Origin: the human T2T-CHM13v2.0 reference genome, Homo sapiens
Reading direction: 5' to 3' (one strand)
Length of the DNA: 64,000 nt
Assembly: GCF_009914755.1 (NCBI RefSeq)
Contig: NC_060948.1
Part shown: positions 13,472 through 25,043 of the stretch, one piece after another
Layout: every line of letters begins with the position of its first letter
Numbering within the stretch: position 1 is the stretch's first letter
Made by a program: the position numbers and the translations under genes
Notes under the pieces: generated by a model
Told to the model about the DNA's origin: nothing
Databases searched by the model: none
What the model saw: the letters and a program-made list of their open reading frames with translations, nothing else

Positions 13472-14760
13472 GAGCTAAAAGAGGGAGAAAGCCCTAAAAT
13501 GGTTGAGACTGGGATCTGTGGCCCGCTGCCTCTAGGAACAGCAGGATTAGTCCTTGGGCAGCCTAGCCTATCCAGTAAAGGAATTAATATGCTCTCTGGG
13601 GTAATTGATAGTGATGACCAAGATCAGATATTGGTTATAATGGAATATAAAGGTCTGCATATTCTTCCCCCTGGATCAAAAATAGCTTAGTGAAAGACTT
13701 TACCATAGTGAGACCCTAATACCCATGGGAAGGAAAGGGGAAAGGGAAGTTTTGGAAGCACAGGAGCTACAGGAATATATTGGAATCAATTAATCACTGA
13801 TCGGAGACCCATGATTACCTTAAAACTTGGTAATAATAATTTTACTGGCTTATTGGACACAGGGGTTGACATTTCAGTCATTAGTGATCAGAACTGGCCA
13901 GAAATTTGGACTTGGATCACTGAGAAATAGAAAATTGTCAGCATCGGGGAAGCACACACAGCCAAACAGAGCACACACCCCTGAACATGCTATGATTCAG
14001 AAGGAAGAAAGGCAGTTATACAACCTCTGATCACGCCCATTGTTATACCCAGATGAGTGAGAGAAAACGCCGCACTTTGAGATGAATTATTTAAGCCAGC
14101 GGCCAAAGAGATGGCTAATGCTCAAAATTCTCTCAGCCCCGAGGAATGGGCTTGATTAACTTTTATACTTTGGTTTAGGAAGGGGAGGGGAACTCAAATG
14201 CAATAATTCTACAGAAGTAAAAACATGCAAGAATCAAAGAAACAAATGGTTACAGAGAGACAAACAATTTAAAAGACAAATGGTTACAAAAAAAGCAGTG
14301 TAACCAGGTGTGGGGCTCTAAATCCTTCATTAGAGTTAGATATAGATGTTATGCCAGGCATGGTCTCAAGGCTTTATGTTGTTATTTCTTTGAGTAAAAT
14401 CCTGGGAACTTCTTACATTGTTTGTTTCAGTACCTTATCAGTTAATTGGGCTCCTTCCATATGCTGAGGATCTGCTTACACAGGTTAACTCCTTGAGGAA
14501 GGGGTTGGGTAAGGACCCCTTAATGTCTGGTAAATCAGGAAGCCACATGGAGTTTGTCTGGCTTTCCCAGACAAGAGGAAGTCTTACTTGTATGGGAAAA
14601 ACAAGGCTGGGTAACTAAGGAGACAAGCAAGGAAAATTTAAAAGTAACGCATTAGAGTAAAAACAAGGTTAGGCACTACACCTATCCCTGTTAATCTCTG
14701 GGGATGGGAATTATTAGCGCAATTGTTGGGGGGCGGGGCACACTGCAAACCCCTTTCTAA
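13319..14760 (+). pseudogene. pro: ERV dUTPase-protease remnant, interrupted by a solo LTR
   Basis: dUTPase motifs SLSSKG, GVIDSD and RGKGSFGSTG. Protease LLDTGVD (DTG at 13856-13864). PVNLWG resumes after 14685. Degenerate slippery site GAGAAAC at 13319 followed by GGGGCCAGCCCC. Confidence 0.88.
14041..14680 (-). mobile_element. Solo LTR, ERV1 class, LTR6-related, nested in the protease region
   Basis: Reverse strand reads TGTAGTGCCTAACCTTGTTTTTACT...GGGTATAACA and is homologous to 9756-10394. 5-bp TSD CCCAT/CCTAT; removing it restores the protease frame (T-P-I-P-V-N-L-W-G). Confidence 0.85.
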
Positions 14761-17235
14761 CAATGACCACTGTGGTTATTCCTCCGCTACCTCTGACTTG
14801 GCTCTCTCAAGATCCGGTCTGCTTAGAAGAGTGGCCTCTGAAGGTAGAGAAACTACAGAGGATTCATGTGTTAGTTGAGGAGCAGTTAAAGGCTGGACAT
14901 CTTGAACATTCTACCAGCCCCAGGAATTTGCCTATTTTCATCATTGCCAAAAAGTCTGTGAAATGGAGGCTTTTACATGACTGATGTGCTATTAATGCTA
15001 ATTTACAGCCCCTGGGACTCCTTCAAAGGGCCTCCCCTCCCCAGCAGCAATCCCTCAAGATTGACCTATAATTGTTATTGACTTAAAAGATTGCTTCTAT
15101 ACCATTTATCCGATGTCCACCCCTGTGTCCAATAAGCCAGTAAAACAGAACAGGAGAGAGAAAAATTTCCATTTACAAAACCAGCTATCAATAATGAAAA
15201 TCCAGCTTGTCAATTTTATTAGAAAATGCTTCCTCAAAGGATGCTAAATAGTCCTACCATGTGTCAGTTTCATGTAAATCAATCTTTGCTCTCTAGTAGA
15301 AAAGAATTTCCTGACTATAAAATTATTCATCCTATGGATGATATTCTACTAGTAGCTCCAAATGGGCCAACACTTTTAAATTTGTTTACTTCTGTCATAA
15401 AGAATGCACAGCTGAGAAGTTTAGTCATTGCACCTGGAAAAGTACAAATGTCCAATGCTCTCTCCTTGGAAATAAATTGGATATCTGTTAACCTCCCAGT
15501 CAGTAAGACCTCAAAAGGTTAAACTAAATACTAGCAAATTACACACATTAAGTAATTATCAGAAATTACTGGGTGATATTACCTGGCTCCATCCCATTTT
15601 AGGAATTCTTACTAATAAACTACAAAACCTTTTTTCTATCTTAAAAGGCAATCCAGCTCTTGATTCTTCCAGATATTTAATCCCTGCAGCAACAAGAGAA
15701 ATTGAGGAAATGGAGCTAGCCATCTCTCAGAGGCAGCTAGATCATATTGATCTATGATATTCAATTCAGTTGTTTGTATTTCCCAACAAACACTCCCCTA
15801 CAGGGTTACTAGGACAAATGACCCCTGGGCTACATTTCCTAAAATGGGTTTTTTGTTCACATACTGGAAGTAAAACACTGTCTCTCTATATTCACTTAAT
15901 TACTAAAGTCATCTATTCAGGTTGCAAACATTGCAGTCAGTTACTAGGTTATGACCCTGATGTCATCAGGATTCCTTTAAGTAAAAAGCAATTTGAAGCA
16001 GTATTACCTTTGGCAATAGACCTGCAAATAGCTTTCTCTGATTACACAGGGCAAATAGAGCACATCCTCCCTACTGATGAAGTCCTTCATTTCTTATCTC
16101 ACACTCTGATAATAATGCCTATAAAAATAATTTACACCCCCATGCCTAATCCTTTAACACTGTTTACTGAGGGGTCTGCTAAACATGGAAAAGTGGCAGT
16201 CTGGAGGAGACCACACTATTCAATCACTTGAACTGGGTTTACTAGCATGCAGAGAGCTGCAACTGGGGCTCTGAGTTTGGTTGGCCTTAGAAACTTTTTC
16301 CACTCAGCCCATAAATATAGTTAGGTGATTCTGCATACTCTGTTTATTTGTTACAAAACTTTGAAACAGCACTGATTAAGTCCACTCTGGAGCCAGCTCT
16401 GTTTACTCTTTTTCTCTGACTTAAACAATTCTAGACTAATGTTCACATCCTATTTTTACTACACACATTCGAGCCCACAGCCCACTCCCTGGCCCATTGG
16501 CTTATGGCAACGAACAAGCAGACCTTCAGGTTATGACATCACTGCTAGACCAAGCCACCCAATCACATCAATTTTTCCACCAAAATTGGAGAAATTTATC
16601 TAAACCATTTTCAACTTACCCAGAGGCTAGCTAAACAAATTATCCTACAATGCCCAGATTTCCAGCGCACAGGCACGCCCCCTCCTTCTACAGGTGTGAA
16701 CCCTACAGGATTCGAACCTAATCAGTTGTGGCAAACAGATGTTACAGACATCCCTGAATTTGGGAAACTAAGATATGTGCATATATCCATTGATACCAAC
16801 AGTCATTTAATCAGTGCACATGCTTTGCCTGGAGAGCCTACTCAATATGTCATTAAACATCTTCTTTTAACTTTTGCATTTATGGGATGACCCACAAAAA
16901 TGAACACTTTTAATGGTCCAGCTTATACCAGCTCACGATTTCAACAATTTTGTCACAGGTGGAAACTCCAACATTCCACAGGCATCCCATATAACCCCCA
17001 AGGATAGGCAATAGTAGAACACAGACACTTCACCCTTAAAAATGTGCACTAATAACAGAGACAGGGTAATATAAGTAAGCACGCTGCAACACTACTGGCA
17101 CAGGCCTTATTTACCCTTAATGTTTTAAATTCAGATGACAAATTTCAATCAGTTGTAGAAAAGCACTTTGCTAAAACCTCTCAAGGCATAAAACCTGCAG
17201 TTTTATGGAAAGATGTAAACAGTAATGAATGGTGT

Positions 17236-18787
17236 TGAGAGGTGAGAGCGTGCTGGCAGTCCTCAGAGCCCTCGCTTGCTCTCGGCACCTCCCCTGCCTG
17301 GGCTCCCACTTTGGTGGCATTTGAGGAGCCCTTCAGTCCCCCACTTCACTGTGGGAGTCCCTTTCCAGGCTGGCCAAGGCCGGAGCCCACTACCTCAGCT
17401 TGCAGGGAGGTGTGGAGGGAGACGCACGAGCGGGAACCGGGGCTGTGTGCCGTGCTTGCGGGCCAGCTGGGGTTCCGGGTGGGCGTGGGCTTGGTGGGCC
17501 CCACACTCGGAGCAGCCGGCCAGCCCTGCTGGCCCCAGGCAATGGGGGACTTAGCACCCGAGCCAGTGGCTGCGGAGGGTGTACTGAGTGCCCCAGCCGG
17601 GCTGGCTCACCGGCACTGCGCTTGATTTCTCGCCGGGCCTTACCTGCCTTCCCATGGGGCAGGGCTCGGGACCTGCAGCCCGCCATGCCTGAGCCTCCCA
17701 CCCACTCCATGGGCTCCTGTGCGGCCCGAGCCTCCCCGATGAGCACCACCCCCTGCTCCACGGCACCCAGTCCCATCGACCACCCAAGGGCTGAGGAATG
17801 TGAGCGCACGGCGCAGGACTGGCAGGCAGCTCCACCTGCAGCCCCGGTGTGGGATCCACTAGGTGAAGCCAGCTGGGCTCCTGAGTCTGGTGGGGACATG
17901 GAGAGCCTTTATATCTAGCTCAGGGATTGTAAATACACCAATCAGCACCCTGTGTTTAGCTCAAGGTTTGTGAGTGCACCAATCAACACTCTGTATCTAG
18001 CTGCTCTGGTGAGGACGTGGAGAACCTTTATGTCTAGCTCAGGGATTGTAAATACACCAATCGGCACTCTGTATCTAGCTCTAGGATTGTAAATACACCA
18101 GTCAGCACCCTGTGTTTAGCTCAAGGTTTGTGAGTGCACCAGTCAACACTCTGTATCTAGCTGCTCTGGTGGGGCCTTGGAGAACCTGTGTGACAAAACT
18201 CTGTATCTAACTAATCTGATGGGGACGTGGAGAACCTTTGTATCTAGCTCAGGGATTGTAAAGGCACCAATCAGCACCCTGACAAAACAGGCCACTCGGC
18301 TCTACCAATCAGCAGGATGTGGGTGGGGCCAGATAAGAGAATAAAAGCAGGCTGCCTCCGGAGCCAGCATTGGCAACCTGCTCGGGTCCCCTTCCACACT
18401 GTGGAAGCTTTGTTCTTTCGCTCTTTGCAATAAATCTTGTTACTGCTCACTCTTTGTGTCCACGCTGCTTTTATGAGCTGTAACACTCACTGCGAAGATC
18501 TACAGCTTCACTCCTGAGCCTGGCAAGACCACGAGCCCACCGGGAGGAACCAACAACTCCAGACGCGCTACCTTAAGAGCTGTAACACTCACCGTGAAGG
18601 TCTGCAGCTTCACGCCTGATCCAGCAAGATCACGAACCCACCAGAAGGAAGAAACTCCGAACACATCTGAACATCAGAAGGGACAGACTCCAGACGCGCC
18701 ACCTTAAGAGCTGCAACACTCACCGCGAGGGTCCGTGGCTTCATTCTTGAAGTCAGTGAGACCAAGAACCCACCAATTCTGGACACA
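17236..18787 (+). mobile_element. LTR12C (ERV9) solo LTR
   Basis: TGAGAGGTGAGAGCGTGCTGGCAGTCCTC...CCAATTCTGGACACA. GC-rich 5' part and tandem U3 repeats. 4-bp TSD GTGT at 17232-17235 and 18788-18791. Confidence 0.95.
17905..18345 (+). promoter_or_regulatory. LTR12C U3 enhancer repeats and core promoter
   Basis: Repeated TCTAGCTCAGGGATTGTAAATACACCAATC units carrying CCAAT (NF-Y) and TATC/GATA motifs. Proximal CCAAT at 18305, GATA at 18332, TATA-equivalent AATAAA at 18340. Activity is not shown by sequence. Confidence 0.7.
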
Positions 18788-18889
18788 GTGTGGTCTTAAT
18801 GAATTATTAACATGGGGGAGAGGGTAGGCTTGTGTTTACACCCCCTCAAGTCCTCTTTGGATTCCAGCACGAGGCATCAAACCATAACA

Positions 18890-20750
18890 TGGCATGGCTA
18901 GGGTCCAATCTAGTACCGGAATTGAAAGAGTTAACCCAGTAAGACCCACAGTTCCAGAGGAGGCTGAACAAATCCTGCTCCAGACACAGGCACCATTTAC
19001 TCCAGTTATTTTGTTTCTTTCTATGCTATCTATTGTACAATGCGACTCACATAGGGTATTGATCATTTTTATACTCTCGCTTTGCCTGCAAACTGTACCT
19101 GCTACACTCTATTGGGCTCATTAAAATATGAGCCCTAAATATGAGCCTAAAATGGCCCACTTTTCTTTCACCCTGTCACCTGGGCAGATAACTCCCTTCC
19201 CACTCTGTAACAACATGACTGCTTGGCTAGGACGGATAGATTTACACCAAGTAGGGTCCCTCAATAATAACACACATTTCCCTAAGGTGCCAGATAACAC
19301 TATATAGCACTACACTATCCTCTCACCGCTTCTAAGTTATAAAGGCTCTAACCCTTACTGTGTAACTGCTCCAAGACAAGTATGGGTACATCATGGCAAA
19401 AAAAGTGCCTTAACAGTTTTAGCTACAGATAACCTCAAACTGGGCAATGCAATCCATGCTGCTTTCCCAAATATTCCTTTCCGTACTAAAGAACAGAGCC
19501 AAGAAAATAATGGATTTCACTTTAGCTGGGAAGTCTCATAGTCTCTGGTTGGGCAATTAAAACATCTTAGAGTGGAGTCTCCATGGCCAACTGCAGGGCA
19601 CGCTTACAAATGTCTTTCTGCATCGTAGCATTAACCACAATATTTTATAGCCATGTCTCGTTCCCCTGTAATTTGGGCCGATGGAGGGATGGGATATCCC
19701 CAGACCCTGAGTAAACCCCATACCAACCCAAGGCACCTTATGGCACCTGGGACATCTTAGCACCTCTCTTAACACCTGCTATGGGAGATATCATAATTCC
19801 AGGCTCAACTACACTATAGCCTTTATTCATACTCACACTGATCAGTGCCTGGTTTGCACTACCCATCCATATGTTTTCCTTACAGGAACTAACATTTCCA
19901 TTACACCTGGAAATGCCACATTTGTGACCCGGGTGCAGGGACAGGCTTGGTTTGCCTCATGTATCACTGGTCATGATATGTCTAGTTTAAAAACTTCCAG
20001 TGTCGTGGTATTAAGGAGACAATCTGAGGCACTTCTACCAGCCAATTTGACATGCAATTGGCAAGATTCTTCTGCCCTTGCCACCTTAGAAAGTGCCCTG
20101 TCCCAGGTCAGACACAAAAGATTCACATTTACACTTATGGTCTTTACAGGCTCAGCCATAGTCATTATGGCAACTGTTAGCATTGCTGTTGTATCTATTA
20201 CTGAATCAGTACAAACAACTGCTTTTGTAGATAATCTGGCCAAAAATATATGTGATGAACTTCTCCTACAGTAAGGAAAGAGTATGCGGGAGAGCCACAA
20301 GATGCACTAGCATTCTGTCAACAGTGAAAATGTGAATGGCAACATAAACATACCTGTGTCACTTCTCTACCATGGAACCAATTAATGTATAGCTAGGGTG
20401 AGGTGAAACAACACCTCTGGGGAACCTTTTATAACAGTTTAACTGCAGACATGAAGCAAGTTAAAACTAAAATTTTAAAATCTGTTCACACCACAGATCT
20501 GCACACCCAACAGCCATGTGGAAGGGAGTACAAGATCATCTCTCCTACTTGGACCCTAACTCCTGGGGGATACTCTTTGACTGGAAAAGATTTTTGCTAA
20601 TTATGCTCATGTTTGTCTTATGTTATTTGCTAATCCTAGGATGCAAAGTCTAAATAAGAGCAGTGACTGCCTCATCTGAAAATCCTGTGGCTGCACATAT
20701 CTGTGCTCTGCAATCAAAAAACCCTAATAAAGAAAACAAAAATGGGGAAA
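18890..20750 (+). pseudogene. env: ERV env remnant
   Basis: Signal-peptide-like FTPVILFLSMLSIVQC, furin site RHKR at 20110-20121 followed by a hydrophobic fusion peptide, TM CEWQHKHTC (CX7C). Multiple stops. Confidence 0.85.
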
Positions 20751-21349
20751 TGTTGGGATTCACTCAGGATGGTGGCAGAAATAGTAAAGGGAAATATTAG
20801 GGGAAGTTCTAGGGAATAGTCACAAACCTTTCGTAAGGCCAAAAGGTTACCCAGCTTGTAATAATTGAACAGATTGAAGGCAGCTAGTTCTTACCTTGGA
20901 ACATTATGTCATAGAGTAAATACAAGGGACAATTGAGGCTTCCCCAGTTAAGTCTGTTTATCCTACCTCCATTAACTAACCTTTGTACCAAATGGCCCTC
21001 TCAGGGGGAGGTGGACCAAGGATATTGTCCCCTAATGGTATTCACTTAGACTACAGTACCTGAGCTTTAATCATTCATAGAACTACTGTCTTAACCAAGT
21101 TCATTATCCTCAAGTGTAATTACTCAAAGCTTCTGTTGGTAATTGTATACTAAATAAATGCCTGGAGTGCTAGCTGCTCAGGGTCTGCTGCAGTGACAAA
21201 CCTGTCTTGGTGTGCAGGCAGTCAGACACAGCAGGACTAGCAAAACAGAATACCTGTGTGTCAGTGTACATTTTATTCATCTGTTGTTTGGGCCAGGGTC
21301 TGCAGGCAGACGCCCACAGCTAATGCCCTCTTGTGAGAGGCAACACCTG
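20751..21349 (+). mobile_element. 3' LTR, LTR22-like
   Basis: Starts TGTTGGGATTCACTCAGGATGGTGGCAGAAAT right after the purine tract AAAAATGGGGAAA. AATAAA at ~21153. 3' boundary approximate. Confidence 0.8.
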
Positions 21350-21899
21350 TTAGAAAACTCAAACTACTGGTAGTTCTAGTCAGGGTAGTGGAGTTTGAGT
21401 CCTACTAAGATAGAGAGAGTAGACAAAAACCTTTGGCTTCCTATTGAAATTGCAGAAAGGATACACTTTAGGAAGAAAATCTGGATGCTAAGAATAAAGA
21501 GTTCACAATGAGAATAAGGATAAAATCCAAACAGTCTCATCCCAGTAAAGAATAAGACAAAGGTTCTACAACATCAATATCACTAGCCAACAATTTCTGA
21601 TAGAGCAAATGCCAACCTTCTTCAGAGAAAGAAAACAAATCCCTTATCTAAACATGCAACTGCAGTTCACAGAAAAATGTTATTACATGTATAAAGAAAC
21701 AGGAGCATATTGACATAGGAGAGATAAATAAGAAATCAGACTCTTGCATGACCCAAATGTTGGAATTCACACACAAGGGCCTTAAAACATTTCTTAAAAT
21801 TGTGTTCAAGGACTTAAAAGAAAAGATAAAAAGGCTGTATCAGCAGAGATAATTCAATATCTGAGAAATTTCAAAAGTAGATGTTTTTAGTAAGACTTG

Positions 21900-22090
21900 G
21901 AGAAGGCAATAAGGTCAGTGTTCAAGAATGTGGTGGGCAGTATGACTTCTAGATGCTAGAAAAAAAAAAAAGGGAATGGACTCTCTCGTAGAGACTCTAG
22001 AAGAAATGCAGCCATGCCTACACTTTGATTATAGTTTGCTGAACCCATTTCACAATTCTGATGTCCAGAGCTGTGAGAAAATAAAGCGTA
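21900..22090 (+). mobile_element. MLT1 (MaLR) LTR fragment
   Basis: TCTAGATGCTAGAAAA...TCTAGAAGAAATGCAGCCATG...CTGATGTCCAGAGCTGTGAGAAAATAAA. Confidence 0.6.
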
Positions 22091-23987
22091 ATCTAAGACC
22101 TGAAAAGAAGAAAGTGTCAGCTCTGAGAAGACTAACAGAAAACAGTATGGGAAAAAGCAAAGGGAGAAAGCTCTGAACCAAGACAGAACTTGAAAATATG
22201 GGCAACTTGAATAAAATACTATTTACTCTGGAATAAGGGGTGGGCCTGAGATATGAGGCTAGAGCACTGGACATGAGCCTCATCTTGGATGCTGGTAAAG
22301 TGAGTAGTTTCTTTCTGCGACATATCCTCCACAAACATCCCTTAAGAAGAATGACTTAATATAAGATATATATTTTTAAAAGGGAATATTACAGAGAATA
22401 AATATAAGAAGGCAAAAGTAAGAAAGTGTTAATTTTAGGGAAGCTATTGCAGTAGATGAAGCAAAATATAATGGTGGCTTGGATTTACAGTGGATATTGA
22501 GAGCAGAATATAGTCTGACTGGGAATATTCTGAAACTAAGTTTAGCAGACTTAATTATGGATTTGATGTAAAGTTTTAAGGAAGGAAGAAATTGAGGATA
22601 AATCTTTGGTGTTTTGTCTTGAGTGGTTGATAGTGGCGTTTGGATATTTAGCAGTGCATGCCACTATTAGTAAAAGACTCAGTTGGAAACAGATGCTGCT
22701 ACTGCCTGAATGCAAAGCTCTTGTTTTTTACTACAGTAAGCTGAAAAATCATCCCTACTTGGTCCCAGGTTTTCTCTACAAAAAAAAAAAAAAAAAAAAA
22801 AAAAAGTTGTGAAACTGGTACGATTTTTCTCACCTTTGTGATTCTCTGAGATATATGGCTTTTACTCAATTCCTTGGTCTGCACATCAAAAAACATGAAC
22901 TGAATTAATCTATATCCAATTTGTTACACAAATTTATTCATCTGAAAAATTCAACATTTACACACACATTTACATACACACAGTCAAGAAATAATGAGAT
23001 AAATTGGAAAGTATATGAATTGGAACCACAAATAGAATAGTTTTTGAGTCGTGGCACTAGCACTTTCTGATATGTGTCATTATATATGTCATTTAACCTT
23101 TATGAAACTCAATTTTTTATAAGTAAAAACATATATTAATACTCACAATATTGTTGTAAGCATACCAATGAAATTACTTTTTACTGTAAAATTAAAAACT
23201 AGAAGTGCTTGTTGGTTTCTCAGTGCTCTTACAAAAAATTAATCATTGTAACATTTGAAAATAAGTAGATGTGTGGAAAATAAATTAATAAACTTCTTTT
23301 CTTCTTCCAATTTCAAATATAAGCACCAACAGCAGTTTGGCAATAATTTTCACGAAGTTAATTTTGCATATAAAACATTTGCAAAGATTATGTTCATGTT
23401 TATGAAAGTGAAACTGCTATACATACATCCATGTACACACACAATACATGCATATTGTATAATTCGCTTTTGCTAAAATATATATTTTAGATTTTCTTCC
23501 AAAGGAACACATATATCAATCTTATTTGCATTAATAGTTACATAATAATCAATATTATATTTATACCAAGGTTTCAATGGATGTACCATTTAATCTTTCT
23601 AATTTTGAGAAAAATTCTATAATTCCAAATCTTTAGTATTAATAACAATGATACAATAAACATGATGGCATATTTATCTTTTAATCCTGGTAATTTTATT
23701 TGTATTTAATAAGTGGTACAAAATGTGAAAACTGGGCCAAGTGCTGTAAGTACCATGTATTGAAATTATTTAAATACTAAATTTATGTAATATTAAATAA
23801 AATTATAACTATTTAAATACCAAATTACTTTCCGAAAACCTTGTAGTAATCACATTCCTTCTAGAACCTACAATTTCATCAACAGTGGATGCTACTATTA
23901 GTTTTTATTTTTGTAAACTAATGAATGTATTATCTATTATCTTAACTTCATTTTTTTTAATTTGAGAACTAGAAATTCTGTTTTATT

Positions 23988-24300
23988 GTTACCGATCTCT
24001 AGAGTGTTGGTTGTTGTTTTTTTTTTTCTAGCCAGAAACGTCTGTGGCTGTGACTCCTTTGTCCAAGATCTTGTCCAGTGTCAGGAAGAATGAGGTAGAA
24101 TGAGGTAGCAGAGAAGTGAATGTTGAACAAGAAGAAACATTTTGTTCAGTGTTAGTACAGTTCAAAGGAACGGTTTGCTCCTCTCTGTAGGCAGGCTTTC
24201 CAGTTGAGTGTTCAGCTCTTAGCAGAGAGGAGGCCCTGGAGAGTGTGACTCTTCTCCATGGCAAAGTCATTCAGAGGTCTCTGCAGGCCTCTGAAGCTCA
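23988..24300 (-). mobile_element. ERV1 LTR 3' fragment (LTR1/LTR27/LTR28/MER52 group)
   Basis: Reverse strand ends GCCACAGACGTTTCTGGCTAG...GAGATCGGTAACA, preceded by CCTCATTCTTCCTGACACTGGACAAGA. Confidence 0.65.
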
Positions 24301-24400
24301 TGTAGCCTGACTTTTGACAGTTGGCAGATACTTCATTCCAAGGAGTTAGGCCAGTGAGGCCAAATCTTTGATTTGAATTAGCACATAGAAACTAGCTCAC

Positions 24401-24403
<3 letters not shown>

Positions 24404-24431
<28 letters not shown>

Positions 24432-24548
24432 CGGATTCTCGCTCTGTTACCCAGGCTGGAGGGTATTGGCACAATCTGGGCTCACTGCAAGCTCCACCTC
24501 CCGGGTTCATGCCACTCTCCTGCCTCAGCCTCCTGAGTAGCTGGGAGG
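24404..24548 (-). mobile_element. 5'-truncated Alu (right arm only, AluY-type)
   Basis: Long polyT, GCAAGCTCC motif, TSD CT(A/G)GCTCACTTT at 24392 and 24549. Confidence 0.88.
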
Positions 24549-24727
24549 CTGGCTCACTTTAATGCTCATGACAAATTTGTTCGCACTTTCTATTTCTTAG
24601 ATTATGTAAAATGTTTATTGAAATCAGTTGGAAATTGGGATGTTATTAGATTCCTTCTCTGTTGGACTTTCTCACAGGAGTAAAGTATGACAGCACATTT
24701 CTTTCTTTCAGTTGAAACAAGAGTACC

Positions 24728-25009
24728 GGCCTGGCGCGATGGCTTATGCCTGTAATCTCAGAAATTTGGGAGGTCAAGGTGTGTGGATCACCTGAGGTAA
24801 GGAGTTCCAGCCCCCTCGTGGCCAACGTGGCAAAAAACCATCTCTACCAAAAATACAAAAATTAGCTGAATGTGGTGGCATGAACCTGGATTTCTAGTTG
24901 CTCTGGAGGCTGAGGGAGGAGAATCACTTGAACCTGGGAGGCAGTGGTTGTAGTGAGCCAAAATCATGCCCCTGCAGTCCAGACTGGGCAACAGAGTGAA
25001 ACTCAATCT

Positions 25010-25040
<31 letters not shown>
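24728..25040 (+). mobile_element. Alu (AluS-like), diverged
   Basis: Full dimer with a ~30-nt A tail directly abutting L1. Confidence 0.92.

Positions 25041-25043
<3 letters not shown>

Larger units (their letters stand above)
14761..18890 (+). pseudogene. pol: ERV pol remnant (RT, RNase H, integrase), interrupted by LTR12C
   Basis: KWRLLHD, IDLKDCF, LPQRMLNSPTMCQ, catalytic YMDD changed to PMDD (15331-15342), RNase H LFTEGS, integrase WQTDVT and GIPYNPQG, C-terminal WGRG*ACV after 18791. Confidence 0.9.
11803..21349 (+). mobile_element. Degraded HERV-K(HML-5)/HERVK22-like provirus lacking its 5' LTR
   Basis: Betaretroviral order leader-gag-dUTPase-pro-pol-env-PPT-LTR, all frames disrupted. 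The 3' LTR resembles LTR22. Confidence 0.85.

Noticed and set aside
11928-15230. Possible APOBEC3G hypermutation (ATG GGA>ATA AGA, some TGG>TAG, GGGAAAC>GAGAAAC)
   Set aside because: Most Trp codons remain TGG and other mutation types are abundant; needs a Hypermut-type test against the HML-5 consensus
17242-17918. Cluster of overlapping 92-172 aa ORFs on both strands
   Set aside because: All lie in the GC-rich 5' part of LTR12C, where stops are rare; LTRs encode no such proteins
17905-18285. Regularly spaced repeats resembling a CRISPR array
   Set aside because: These are LTR12C U3 tandem repeats with no unique spacers and no cas genes, in eukaryotic DNA
22780-22805. Isolated polyA run suggesting a processed pseudogene tail
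   Set aside because: No recognisable retrocopy body or TSD
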